From contig CAVVPN010000004.1 in assembly GCA_963750165.1 (NCBI GenBank), forward strand, positions 1,088,001 to 1,152,000: a DNA stretch of 64,000 bases, read 5' to 3'. Origin of the DNA: an uncultured Gemmataceae bacterium. Lineage in GTDB: Bacteria > Planctomycetota > Planctomycetia > Gemmatales > Gemmataceae. The notes beneath the pieces are model-generated. The model saw only the letters and a list, made by a program, of their open reading frames with translations, did not search any database and was not told the DNA's origin. Positions 11,252 to 20,151 of this stretch are shown in pieces (position 1 is the stretch's first letter; each line of letters opens with the position of its first letter). The position numbers and the translations under genes are program-made.

Positions 11252-11509
11252 TTAGGCTCCGCGGCGCTGCGCCCGATCGCGGAGGCGGCGGCCTTCCGCT
11301 TGGGCATCGGTAATGTCCGGTCGGCTGCCGACCAAGCCCTCGGCCCGCCAGAAGGCGACGAGGTCCGCACCGCTCCGAACCGCGGCCACGGCCGGCCGGG
11401 CGGACGTAAGTAGGCGAACGGCATAATCGGGCAGCGACAACCCCAGGCGCGATGCCTCGTCGGTCAGGGCCTCGGCCAGATCATCGGGTAGTTCAACGGT
11501 CTGAGGCAT
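11252..11509 (-). CDS. Putative antitoxin (RHH-like) of the PIN TA pair
   Basis: 85 aa, MPQTVELPDDLAEALTDEASRLGLSLPDYA; immediately upstream of the PIN gene. Confidence 0.7.
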   Translation of the reverse strand: MPQTVELPDDLAEALTDEASRLGLSLPDYAVRLLTSARPAVAAVRSGADLVAFWRAEGLVGSRPDITDAQAEGRRLRDRAQRRGA

Positions 11510-11610
11510 GGTTCGTCTCCCACGGCAGCGATTTTAACACCCCGATTTTCTATGGTCCCACGAACCGCCCCGGGCGTCAACAGCTCATCAGGACGGCCCT
11601 ACTTCAGAAG

Positions 11611-11699
11611 GCCGAACGCCCCAGTTCAGGTGCGGGCCACTCGACTCAATGTGTCCGTGTAGACTCAGTTGGCCCGTCACCTGCAGCCGCTGGTTCGGC
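11611..11699 (-). other. attC-like recombination site
   Basis: + strand GCCGAAC...CAGGTGCGGGCCA...TGGCCCGTCACCTG...GTTCGGC, 89 bp; downstream of the DUF262 gene. Confidence 0.85.
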
Positions 11700-11741
11700 T
11701 CGGTATTTCTATCCGTTGGTGCTGGACCTCGCAATCTCCAT

Positions 11742-13424
11742 TTACCGCCTCAACAGGCGTGTTGACAGTGCGTCGCGTAGTGCCGCCTCGCGGGCGGCGA
11801 GGAAAGCGTCGAGGTTATTCTCCTCCATCGCTTTGATTCCATCAGCCGTGATAAAGTGCGCCTTAAACGTCAAGGCAAGCGACATCTTGTCACCCCCGTG
11901 GGAATCCAGGCAGACCTGAAGGAACTCTGCGGGCAACTTGTCGCTCTTTTTGCGGTTAGTGTCCTTGTGAATCACGGATAGACCAAAGATGTTCTTGGCC
12001 GCCGCGGGAAACTTCGACACCGGGAAGACGTGATCTACCTCGCAATCCTCCAGCTTGACCGATTGACCGTTGATGAAATCGGTCGCCCCATTAAGAACGA
12101 CCAGATTGTAGAATGCCTTAGCGAGTGCGGATGTGCGGGAGGCTTTTCGAATATCCGTAATGACGCTGGCAATGTCCGCCGTCATATAGGGAACAGCGGA
12201 ATCGTTTCCGAACCACGCGGCAACCGCCTTGTAATCAGCGTACGAGTGTGTCTCTACCGAACGAGCATAACGGCCGGTGAACACAGCTGTCCAGTACCAG
12301 CTGTCAATCTTGTCGTAAAACGCCTTCGCTCCGCCGAGAGATTGAGCCCTTTGAATGAGCGCTGCTAATGGGACGGCAATGCTCGTGTAAGGAAACAGGG
12401 GGATACGTTGTTTCTTCGCACGGAGTCGGACAGCGCCGTAGACGTCTCGCATCCGTGTAGCAGCTTTCTCAAGGTATTCGCGAGCGGCTTCCCACCGGTT
12501 GTAGAACTCTGCCTGGGCTTTGTTTTGATCAGCGCGCTGATCGACGAGCCCGAGAAGGTTCTTGTTTTTCGGCTCCCTCTCGTTGGACAGCGCCATTACG
12601 CGCAGCAGAGCCTCGGGTTCAACGATTTGCGGCTCGCCGCTCTTGATTTTTTGCTTTAGGTCGTTTAGCCGTATGCCGATCGGGTAGTACCGAGCTACTG
12701 CCAAATCGAAGATATCAAGGCGCGTACCGAGTCGGTTGATCCTCTCGAATGTACTCACGATCTCGTCGTCTGGCGTGTCGTGGGGCAGGGTGACGACGGC
12801 CACCTCATAATCAAGGATGCTCTGAAGAAGCCTGTTTAACTCGTCCCGTATGCCTGGCTCAATGGTGCTGCCGCGCGAATTCAGGTACTCGGTGAGCGTC
12901 TCCGGCGAGCGAAAAGACGCCATGCTCGGATAGCTCTGGACGTTGATGCCGGTATTTTGGACTAGAAACTCGAGGAATTTTTCCAAGAGCTTCTTCTCCT
13001 CCTTCGGGTGCAGCTTCCGGACGAGACCCTCGATCTTCTGAACTCCGACTACCTCTTGGCATCCAATCAAGTTGAGAAAGAACCGCGTAGGCAGAACCTC
13101 GTCTCGGAGCGAGACAGAAGGCTCGAAGAAAGCGTAAAAAAGGGAGGTAAGCCGCTGCTGCCCATCGAGGACGTAGCTAATGGTCACGTGGGTCTTCGGG
13201 TCAGCTTTTACCCCGGGAATCAAACGAGGAGCAAAGCGCAGGTTCGATGTCGGACTTTCAAGAAGCAGAAGAGTGCCAATGAAGTACCGATTGACGACCG
13301 AATTCAGGAGCTCCTCTACCTGTTTGAGAGTCCACACGAAATCACGTTGAAAGTCGGGAATGATTAGTTTCCCCGTACGAACGTCGTCAAGGAGTGACGG
13401 CAGTTTCCGTTCTTGGACTTGCAT
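11742..13424 (-). CDS. DUF262 (GmrSD/ParB-like NTPase) plus C-terminal HNH-like domain; putative modification-dependent restriction or defence nuclease
   Basis: IPDFQRDFVW, LDGQQRLT and FERIN motifs; C-terminal EVDHVFP..N..TNRKKSDK; lower GC than flanks. Confidence 0.85.
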   Translation of the reverse strand: MQVQERKLPSLLDDVRTGKLIIPDFQRDFVWTLKQVEELLNSVVNRYFIGTLLLLESPTSNLRFAPRLIPGVKADPKTHVTISYVLDGQQRLTSLFYAFFEPSVSLRDEVLPTRFFLNLIGCQEVVGVQKIEGLVRKLHPKEEKKLLEKFLEFLVQNTGINVQSYPSMASFRSPETLTEYLNSRGSTIEPGIRDELNRLLQSILDYEVAVVTLPHDTPDDEIVSTFERINRLGTRLDIFDLAVARYYPIGIRLNDLKQKIKSGEPQIVEPEALLRVMALSNEREPKNKNLLGLVDQRADQNKAQAEFYNRWEAAREYLEKAATRMRDVYGAVRLRAKKQRIPLFPYTSIAVPLAALIQRAQSLGGAKAFYDKIDSWYWTAVFTGRYARSVETHSYADYKAVAAWFGNDSAVPYMTADIASVITDIRKASRTSALAKAFYNLVVLNGATDFINGQSVKLEDCEVDHVFPVSKFPAAAKNIFGLSVIHKDTNRKKSDKLPAEFLQVCLDSHGGDKMSLALTFKAHFITADGIKAMEENNLDAFLAAREAALRDALSTRLLRR

Positions 13425-13454
13425 AGGGGTCTCCGATGGGGCGGCTACGATGGG

Positions 13455-13541
13455 TCACAGTGAACTTCTACCGCGGGGAATGAAGTCGAACCTCGTGTCC
13501 ATCAGGATGCGATACAGTTCCTTCAATTCGGCTCTCGCCAT
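13455..13541 (-). pseudogene. Truncated 28-aa cassette ORF remnant
   Basis: GGAGGG RBS right after the GTTCGGC site; MARAELKELYRILMDTRFDFIPRGRSSL*. Confidence 0.4.
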
Positions 13542-13557
13542 GGCATACCCTCCGCGC

Positions 13558-13621
13558 CGCCGAACTGGTGATTCGTCCTCTGACGCTTGCCGCTTTGCTT
13601 CTCAGCGTTAATAGTTCGGCG
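13558..13621 (-). other. Short atypical att-like site
   Basis: CGCCGAACT...AGTTCGGCG (perfect 9-bp outer IR) abutting the stop of the 13622-13993 ORF; weak inner stem. Confidence 0.55.
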
Positions 13622-13993
13622 CTACTGACTCTCATCTGACACTTCAATGATCCGCGATCCCATCCCACGCGCCTCGGCGATTGCGGACTGAAAGTACTGG
13701 ACAGCAAATGCCGGATCGGGGATTGAATAGACGTGATCAGGCAGCCATTCAAGGTCTCGTTTGGCAGCTGAAAAGCTGTAGCGACCGAAGCGTTGCAGCT
13801 GATAACCAATGCGATTGTCGGACAATCGACGTTTCACGATTCGACGCGATTCACTGAAGCGATGAACGACAGCGCGGATAGTCGGTGGCTGGCCGACATA
13901 GTGGGCGTCGGGATTGACGATGTCCCGATGCTCAAACCCCGCATGTCGTTCGGAGTCCGTCAAATCCTCGGGGAACCAGTTCGAAGCCGCCAT
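13622..13993 (-). CDS. Hypothetical cassette protein (123 aa)
   Basis: Strong RBS GAAGGAGG before ATG; bounded by att-like sites; no recognised domain. Confidence 0.65.
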   Translation of the reverse strand: MAASNWFPEDLTDSERHAGFEHRDIVNPDAHYVGQPPTIRAVVHRFSESRRIVKRRLSDNRIGYQLQRFGRYSFSAAKRDLEWLPDHVYSIPDPAFAVQYFQSAIAEARGMGSRIIEVSDESQ

Positions 13994-14024
13994 GATATCC
14001 TCCTTCAAGTGCTCCGCACCCTTT

Positions 14025-14143
14025 GCCGAACATGGTATTATTGCCAACTGCGCGGCCAATGCAACATTGCTTCGTCGGTTCTCGGCGTCTTTTTCGACGG
14101 ATTCCAACCTCGCGATGTTGCGTTATCCGCGCAGTTGTCAATA
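14025..14143 (-). other. Long hairpin ending in GTTCGGC (partial or atypical att-like site)
   Basis: TATTGCCAACTGCGCGG..AATGCAACATTGC / GCGATGTTGCGTT..CCGCGCAGTTGTCAATA stem; GCCGAAC at 14025; no matching partner core box on the other side. Confidence 0.5.
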
Positions 14144-14173
14144 GCGTGCGCTGCACACGCTATCAAGACGACA

Positions 14174-14220
14174 TTTTCGGGGCGGTACGCTGCCCTCAGG
14201 CGAGCGTACCGCCCCGAAAA
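14174..14220. repeat. REP-like hairpin
   Basis: TTTTCGGGGCGGTACGCT/AGCGTACCGCCCCGAAAA. Confidence 0.6.
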
Positions 14221-14355
14221 TCGGATTGCAAGGGAAAAAGCAAAAGGTCGTTTTCTACACTTGAAATCCGTTGTGTCTTACAGCGAAGCCCGCTCGCGCG
14301 TCCGAACAAGGATTAGGGCACGCCGCGCGCTCTATCAAGGATCGGTTTTCGGATT

Positions 14356-14405
14356 TTACGCTCCCAACAGGCGCCGGCGAAGCACGGCGCCTGTTGGGAG
14401 CGTAA
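14356..14405. repeat. REP-like hairpin
   Basis: TTACGCTCCCAACAGGCGCCG/CGGCGCCTGTTGGGAGCGTAA. Confidence 0.65.
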
Positions 14406-14753
14406 CCGCCCCGATTCCGAAATGCAAGAAGCGCGCGCCGGAAATCCGAAAAGCCACCGGCCGTGTCTCAAGAACCGCCTGAGAAAGCTACAATCCCGGG
14501 AGGTAATGTGCCTGAACAGCTTGTTAGTCGGCTTTCAAAAGCCGAGTATTACGGCCCAAAGCCGAGTAGCAAGGCCAAGTGGGAGGGTAAGGCCGTCGCC
14601 TTGCTATGTCAAGCGTCTAACTGACCGAGCAAATTCGTCACGCACTGCGTGACGAATCCGACGAGGCAGGTCCGGAGCGTCGGCGCCAAAATAATGTTTG
14701 GGCCTGACGGCGAATGGGGTATCCTGGACTCACCCCAACCCCGGAGGCGCGAC

Positions 14754-15059
14754 ATGGCACAGGTCCCCGCGTTGCAGGCGGCCTATGACGAGGTGGACAT
14801 CACCCCACCGCTGGGCGGTTCCATGCCCGGCTACTTCCGCGACCGATTGGCCACCGGCACGCTGGATCCGCTCAAGGCCAAGGCGCTCTACCTGCGGCGC
14901 GATACCGAGAGTGTTGCCCTGGTCGCCTGCGACCTGATCGGCGTGGGCGCCCCCATCGTCCGGCGCATCCGCACGGCCGTCGCCGGCCTGACCAAAAGCC
15001 CGCCGCGCCACGTCTGGGCGAAGACTGCGGCGGGGCTGCTCGAGGAACTGGCGGGCTGA
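14754..15059 (+). pseudogene. Neutral/alkaline ceramidase-like protein, internally deleted
   Basis: VDITPPLGGSMPGYFRDR..GTLDPLKAKAL..LVACDLIG N-terminus. It breaks off where the H-T-H motif is expected and joins a C-terminal-like tail AKTAAGLLEELAG*. Confidence 0.7.
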
Positions 15060-15266
15060 GCCGATGCCGTGCGTTGCCAGCCGTTGCAAGGGCGTCAAAC
15101 CTGGCTCGCGTGGAGTTGGCGGCCTTGGCGGTCTTGCTCGAACCGGCAGCTTCAGGCATTGGCCGGCACGGCGCGGCAGGTCCGCCTGGCGCGGCGCGGC
15201 ACGTGACACGCCTGGCGGCCTTGGCGTTCTTGCTCATTATTCATCATTCCAGTGGAGGTGTCTGCC

Positions 15267-15659
15267 ATGATCCAGGCCGGCGGCAAGCAGCGCATGGTCG
15301 TCGTGCTGACGGCCCTCGTCGGCGTGACCGCCACCGCGGTCGCCTACCTCGGCACACGGCAGGACCAGCAACCGGCCGCGCCGCCGTCCGCGTCCGCCCC
15401 GGCCGGCGCCGCGTTCACCAGCGAAGTGATCGTGATGCCGCACGACGAGCCGGAATGGCCGCCGGGGCCTCACCAGCGCACCTTCCTCGCTAACTGCACG
15501 ATCTGCCACTCGACGCGCCTGGTGATGACGCAACCGTCGTTCCCGCGCGCGAAGTGGCAGGAGATCGTTCATAAGATGGTCAAGACCTACGGCGCCCCGA
15601 TCACCCACGAATCCGAACAGCAGATCGTCGAGTATCTGGTGACGGTTCGCGGCCAGTGA
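15267..15659 (+). CDS. sorB: Monohaem cytochrome c, SorB-like
   Basis: GGAGG RBS; N-terminal TM/signal; ANCTICHS..MTQP...WQEIVHKMVKTYGAPI. Confidence 0.8.
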   Translation: MIQAGGKQRMVVVLTALVGVTATAVAYLGTRQDQQPAAPPSASAPAGAAFTSEVIVMPHDEPEWPPGPHQRTFLANCTICHSTRLVMTQPSFPRAKWQEIVHKMVKTYGAPITHESEQQIVEYLVTVRGQ

Positions 15660-15685
15660 CGGGCCGCGCCGCAGAAGGGAGCCGC

Positions 15686-18385
15686 ATGAGCGCTGACGCC
15701 GCCGTCCCCGCCGACCTGCCCGCGACCGAGCACGGCCTGATCCGCGCTCACGGCCTGGCCGCGCTGGCGATGGTCGTCTACTCCGCACTGCTCGGCCTGG
15801 CGGTCGCGCTCAAGTTCCACTGGCCGGACTTCCTGGGCGACACCGCCTGGCTGACGTGGGGCCGGCTGCGCTACGGCCACACCCAGGGCATCTTTTTCGG
15901 CTGGCTCGGCAACGCTTTCCTGGCGTTCTTCTATCACGCCGTGCCGCGCCTCGCCGGTCGTCCCGTCACCAGCCGTGGGCTGGGCTGGCTGCTGTTCGCC
16001 GTCTGGAACTTCGGCGTCGTCATCCCCGGCTGGGTGCTGGTGCAGATCGGCATCAGTCAGCCGCTGGAGTGGGCCGAGTTCCCCATCGTCACCGACGTGT
16101 TTGTCGTGTTCGCCTTCGTGCTGACGGCGCTGCAATTCGTGCTGCCGTTCTTCCGCCGCGGCATCGCGAACCTGTATGTCTCGGCCTGGTACATTCTCGG
16201 CGGCACCGTGTTCACGCTGTTCGCCTACCCGGTCGGCAACTTCATGCCGGAACTGGTGCCCGGGGCGCGCGGGGCGACCTACAGCGGTCTGTGGATCCAC
16301 GACGCCATCGGTCTGTATGTCACGCCGTTCGCCGTGGCCATTGCCTATTTCGTCATCCCCACGGTCACCGGCCGGCCCATCTACAGCCACTTCCTGTCGA
16401 TGCTGGCGTTCTGGATGCTGTTCTTCATCTACCCGCTCAACGGCACGCACCACTTCCTCTTTTCCTCCATTCCCATGGAGGCCCAAATTGGGGCCATCGT
16501 CGCCTCGGTGTACCTCGGCATGGACGTGGTGCTAAACGTCAGTAACCTGCTGCTGTCGCTGCGCGGCTCCGCGCCGGTAGTGGCCCGCGACGTGCCGCTG
16601 CGCTTCGTCTGGGTGGGCATCGTTTCTTACCTGGTGGTGAGCTTGCAAGGTTCGCTGCAGGCGCTGATGCCGGTCAACCGCTTCGTCCACTTCACGGACT
16701 GGGTCATCGGCCACTCCCATCTGGCGATGATCGGCTTCGCCTCGTTCCTGGCGGTCGGCGGGCTGCTACACGCCTGGCAGCACACGGCCGGCCTGCGCTA
16801 CAACGCCCACGCCGCCAACTGGGCGTTCTGGCTGCTGGCGGTCGGGCTGGCCGCGATGGTCAGCGACCTGACGGCCGCGGGGCTGGTGCAGGGCCAGCTC
16901 TGGCAGTCCGAGGCGCCCTGGATCGATTCGGTCAGCGCCTCGCAGCCGTTCTGGGTTTCGCGGTCGCTGGCGGGACTGCTGGTGCTGGCTGGGTTCGGCG
17001 CCCTCTGCCTGACCGTGTTGACCGGCCCCGTCGGCGAGGTCTCAGAAGTCAGAGAACAGAAGTCAGAAGCCAGGAGTCAGGAGTCAGAGAGCGGTTCTCC
17101 GCTGACTTCTGACCGCTGTCCTCTGATCTCTGAAGCCGAGAGCCATCGCCGCGCCCTGCCCTGGTTGAAGAGCGCCTACGTACTGACCGGTGTGGCGGGC
17201 TTCGGCTGCTTCCTGTTCTCGTTCGTGGTGCTGGCCGTCTGGCCCAACCAGGCGCTGGAACAGGAGATGGACGCCAGCCGGCCGCCGGGCCTGCCGCCGC
17301 TGACCGACGCCGAGCTGCGCGGCCGCGCGATCTATGGCCGCGAGGGCTGCCTCAACTGTCATTCGCAACTGGTCCGGTCCACCACCGACGACGTGCGCCG
17401 CTTCGGCCTCGCGAGCCAGGCGTGGGAGACGGAGAAGGAGTTTCCGCAGTTGTGGGGCACGCGCCGCATCGGCCCCGACCTGGCGCGTGAGTCCGGCAAG
17501 CGGCCGCGTGACTGGCACCTGACCCATCTGTGGAACCCGCGCTGGGTCGTGCCCGAATCCAACATGCCGGCTCATCCGTGGCTCTTCGACAGCTCGCCGC
17601 TCCGGCCGACGCAGGAGGCGCTCGACCTGGTGGCTTACCTGGAGTCACTGGGCCGCGACGCGCGCCTGGCCGGCACGCTGGAACGCGGCCCCGGTCGGAA
17701 AATGGACCCGGCCGAGGAGGAGCGCATGGGCGTCTTCTGTGACTGCGCCATCCCGCGCACGGCCGGCCCGGCGGTGCTGCTCTCGACGGACCTGCCGCCC
17801 GCCGAGTTGCTGCGTTTCGAGCTGCGCGGGGCAGCCGTCTTCGCACGTCACTGCGGCGGTTGCCACGGATCGGGCGGCAAGGGCGACGGGCCCGCGGCGG
17901 TGAGCCTGCTGCCGGCGCCGCGCGACCTGACGCAAGCGCGTTTCTCGGACGCCGCGCTGAGCCGGGTCCTGTGGGGAGGGGCCCGCGGCTCGTCGATGCC
18001 CGGCTGGCATGAGTTACCCGTGAACGACCTGCGGGCGCTGGCGGCCCACGTCCGCACGCTGGAGGAACGGCCCCCACAGGCGGAGCGGGAGCCTGTGCTC
18101 TCGGCCGAGGAACGCGGTCAGGCCGAACTGTTGTACGCGACGAACTGCGTGACGTGTCACGGCCCGCGTGGACAGGGCGACGGCACCGCGGCAGGTGCCC
18201 TGGCCCCGCGACCGACCGACTTCGGCCAGGTGCGCCCGAGCCTGGCCTACGCCGAGCACGTGCTGGCAGAGGGCGTACCCGGGACCGCCATGCCACCGTG
18301 GCGGTCGCCGCCGGTCGCCGCCCAGCGCCGCCTGCTGGCGCGCTACGTCCGCACGCTGTACCAACCCGCACCCTCACCCCGCTAA
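15686..18385 (+). CDS. C-family (cbb3-like) haem-copper oxidase: CcoN-CcoO fusion with two extra cytochrome c domains
   Basis: WGRLRYGHT, WIHDAIG, YPLNGTHH and DWVIGHSH (six His ligands); CcoO REGCLNCHSQ..WGTRRIGPDLARE..SNMP; further CGGCH..SSMP and CVTCH..TAMP. Confidence 0.88.
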   Translation: MSADAAVPADLPATEHGLIRAHGLAALAMVVYSALLGLAVALKFHWPDFLGDTAWLTWGRLRYGHTQGIFFGWLGNAFLAFFYHAVPRLAGRPVTSRGLGWLLFAVWNFGVVIPGWVLVQIGISQPLEWAEFPIVTDVFVVFAFVLTALQFVLPFFRRGIANLYVSAWYILGGTVFTLFAYPVGNFMPELVPGARGATYSGLWIHDAIGLYVTPFAVAIAYFVIPTVTGRPIYSHFLSMLAFWMLFFIYPLNGTHHFLFSSIPMEAQIGAIVASVYLGMDVVLNVSNLLLSLRGSAPVVARDVPLRFVWVGIVSYLVVSLQGSLQALMPVNRFVHFTDWVIGHSHLAMIGFASFLAVGGLLHAWQHTAGLRYNAHAANWAFWLLAVGLAAMVSDLTAAGLVQGQLWQSEAPWIDSVSASQPFWVSRSLAGLLVLAGFGALCLTVLTGPVGEVSEVREQKSEARSQESESGSPLTSDRCPLISEAESHRRALPWLKSAYVLTGVAGFGCFLFSFVVLAVWPNQALEQEMDASRPPGLPPLTDAELRGRAIYGREGCLNCHSQLVRSTTDDVRRFGLASQAWETEKEFPQLWGTRRIGPDLARESGKRPRDWHLTHLWNPRWVVPESNMPAHPWLFDSSPLRPTQEALDLVAYLESLGRDARLAGTLERGPGRKMDPAEEERMGVFCDCAIPRTAGPAVLLSTDLPPAELLRFELRGAAVFARHCGGCHGSGGKGDGPAAVSLLPAPRDLTQARFSDAALSRVLWGGARGSSMPGWHELPVNDLRALAAHVRTLEERPPQAEREPVLSAEERGQAELLYATNCVTCHGPRGQGDGTAAGALAPRPTDFGQVRPSLAYAEHVLAEGVPGTAMPPWRSPPVAAQRRLLARYVRTLYQPAPSPR

Positions 18386-18399
18386 CCGGAGGACGCCTC

Positions 18400-18585
18400 A
18401 TGGCCGTCAACCTCATCGTGCTGGCCGTGACGCTGCTGATGGCCGCCTTCGTCGGCGTCTGGATCTTCTTCCCCCGGCTGCGTGCCTGGATGGAGATGCC
18501 GAAGTATCGTTTCCTGGAACAGCAGCGTCAGTTTCCGGACGTGCTTCGGGAGCGTCAGCCCGGAGAGAACGGGTCGTCTCAGTAG
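18400..18585 (+). CDS. Small membrane protein, CcoQ-like
   Basis: GGAGG RBS; one TM helix followed by MEMPKYRFLE; directly after the oxidase gene. Confidence 0.55.
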   Translation: MAVNLIVLAVTLLMAAFVGVWIFFPRLRAWMEMPKYRFLEQQRQFPDVLRERQPGENGSSQ

Positions 18586-18684
18586 CGTGTGGCGTTGGAA
18601 TGGAACCTGGGAAGCAGCAAGGGCCGGGCCTGATTGCATCAGGACCGGCCGCAGGTGATTGCTCGCTCGGAGCGAAGGATTGAG

Positions 18685-18756
18685 AGGCCCCTCCCGGAAT
18701 CGAACCGGGGTGAACGGATTTGCAATCCGCTGCCTAAGCCGCTCGGCCAAGGGGCC
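18685..18756 (-). tRNA. tRNA-Cys (GCA), CCA not encoded
   Basis: GGCCCCT..GCGGA-TTGCAAA-TCCGT..GGTTCGATTCC..AGGGGCC-T cloverleaf. Confidence 0.95.
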
Positions 18757-18973
18757 CGAAGGCGATGGTGTTGGTATCGGTCGAATCGAGCCGGCGACTT
18801 GATCGGTTTTTTCGACCTCCCCCTGGCGGCGACACCACCAAAGTTGGCCTCCTTTTTTTCAGACGATGAAGCATCCTTTACTTTTGGTTCACCTCAACTT
18901 TAAGGTGACGCGCTATCCTTATTGGATAGGGACACGGCAACCAAGTCGCCTTGTGGGTCTGCCCGATCCAACG

Positions 18974-19021
18974 GACGGAGGCCATTATGGAAGACCGGAC
19001 GGAGGCCATTATGGAAGACCG
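18974..19021 (+). repeat. Perfect 24-bp tandem duplication spanning RBS and ATG
   Basis: (GACGGAGGCCATTATGGAAGACCG)x2. Confidence 0.9.
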
Positions 19022-20118
19022 AGCGGGGTTCAGCGCCCGCCTGTCGCACTTGATCCACCACCACTTCCTCTGGCTGCTGATCGGCGCGTACGCCGTCGCC
19101 GCCGTGCTGCCGGGGCCGGGTGCCTGGATCCGCGGAGTGAGTCTTGGGGAACTCACCCTGTTCGGCGAGCACGTGCATCTCACGCTGCCGACGGTCATGC
19201 TCGGCCTGCTGCTGCTCAACGCCGGGCTGGGCATTCGCGCGCGCCGGCTGCTCCGCCTGGCTCGCAACCCGCTCATCCTGGCCGCAGGATTGCTGGCGAA
19301 CGTGGTCGTGCCGGTCGCCTTCATCCTCGGAGTGGCACAAACCATGCAACTGTGGCACAATGCCGACGAGGTGCAGAACATCCTGGTCGGGCTGGCGCTG
19401 GTCGCCTCCATGCCGGTGGCGGGCTCGTCCACCGCCTGGTCGCAGAACGCCAACGGCGACCTGGCGCTGAGCCTGGGGCTGGTGGTGTGCTCCACCTTCC
19501 TGAGTCCGCTCACCACCCCGGCGGCGCTCGAGCGCCGTCGGCTGGATGGCGAACGGCGTCTACGCCGAGGGGCTGCGCACCCTGGCGGGCGGCGGCACTG
19601 GTTTGTTCCTGGCGGCGTTCGTGCTGCTGCCGTCCCTGCTCGGCATGGGCGGCCGCGGCCTCGTGGGGAAGGCGCCGCTCGCCCGGGCGCGGCCGACGCT
19701 CAAGCTGCTCAACTCGGTCAACCTGCTGGCGCTGAGTTACGCCAACGCCTCGGTGGCCCTGCCGCGGGTGGTGGCCGAACCCGACTGGGATTTCCTGGGC
19801 GTGATCCTTGTGATCGTTCTGGCCATGTGCGCGCTGGGGTTCACGTCGGGGTGGCTGGTGGCGCGGCTGTTCCGCGCGGACCCGGGGCGGCGGGCGTCCC
19901 TGGTATTCGGGTTGGGGATGAACAATAATGGCACTGGGCTGGTGCTGGCCGCGGCGGCGCTGCCACACTTGCCGGGTGTGCTGCTGCCGGTCATCTTCTA
20001 CAACCTCGCGCAACACGTGGTGGCCGGGATCGCTGACAGGCTTGCTGACCGGGGCAACCCCACCTTCCCGGGTTCGCCCGAGGGCGTCGTGATCTGCCCG
20101 CAGATGAGCGCCGCTTAA
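18987..20118 (+). CDS. Bile acid:sodium symporter (BASS) family; apparent frameshift at ~19530
   Basis: ASMPVAGSSTAW..GDLALSLGLV..STFLSPLTTP, then in another frame GLGMNNNGTGLV..YNLAQH. Confidence 0.82.
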
Positions 20119-20151
20119 CGTCCGGCTCCGAACCATTACCCCGAGGGATTC

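Noticed and set aside
14200..14750. Integron integrase or attI at the head of the left array
   Set aside because: No ORF with tyrosine-recombinase R-H-x-x-R-H/W-Y motifs; only hairpins and non-coding DNA.
18685..18756. tRNA-Cys as an island attachment site
   Set aside because: I found no duplicated tRNA 3' end and no integrase in the window (searched by eye only).
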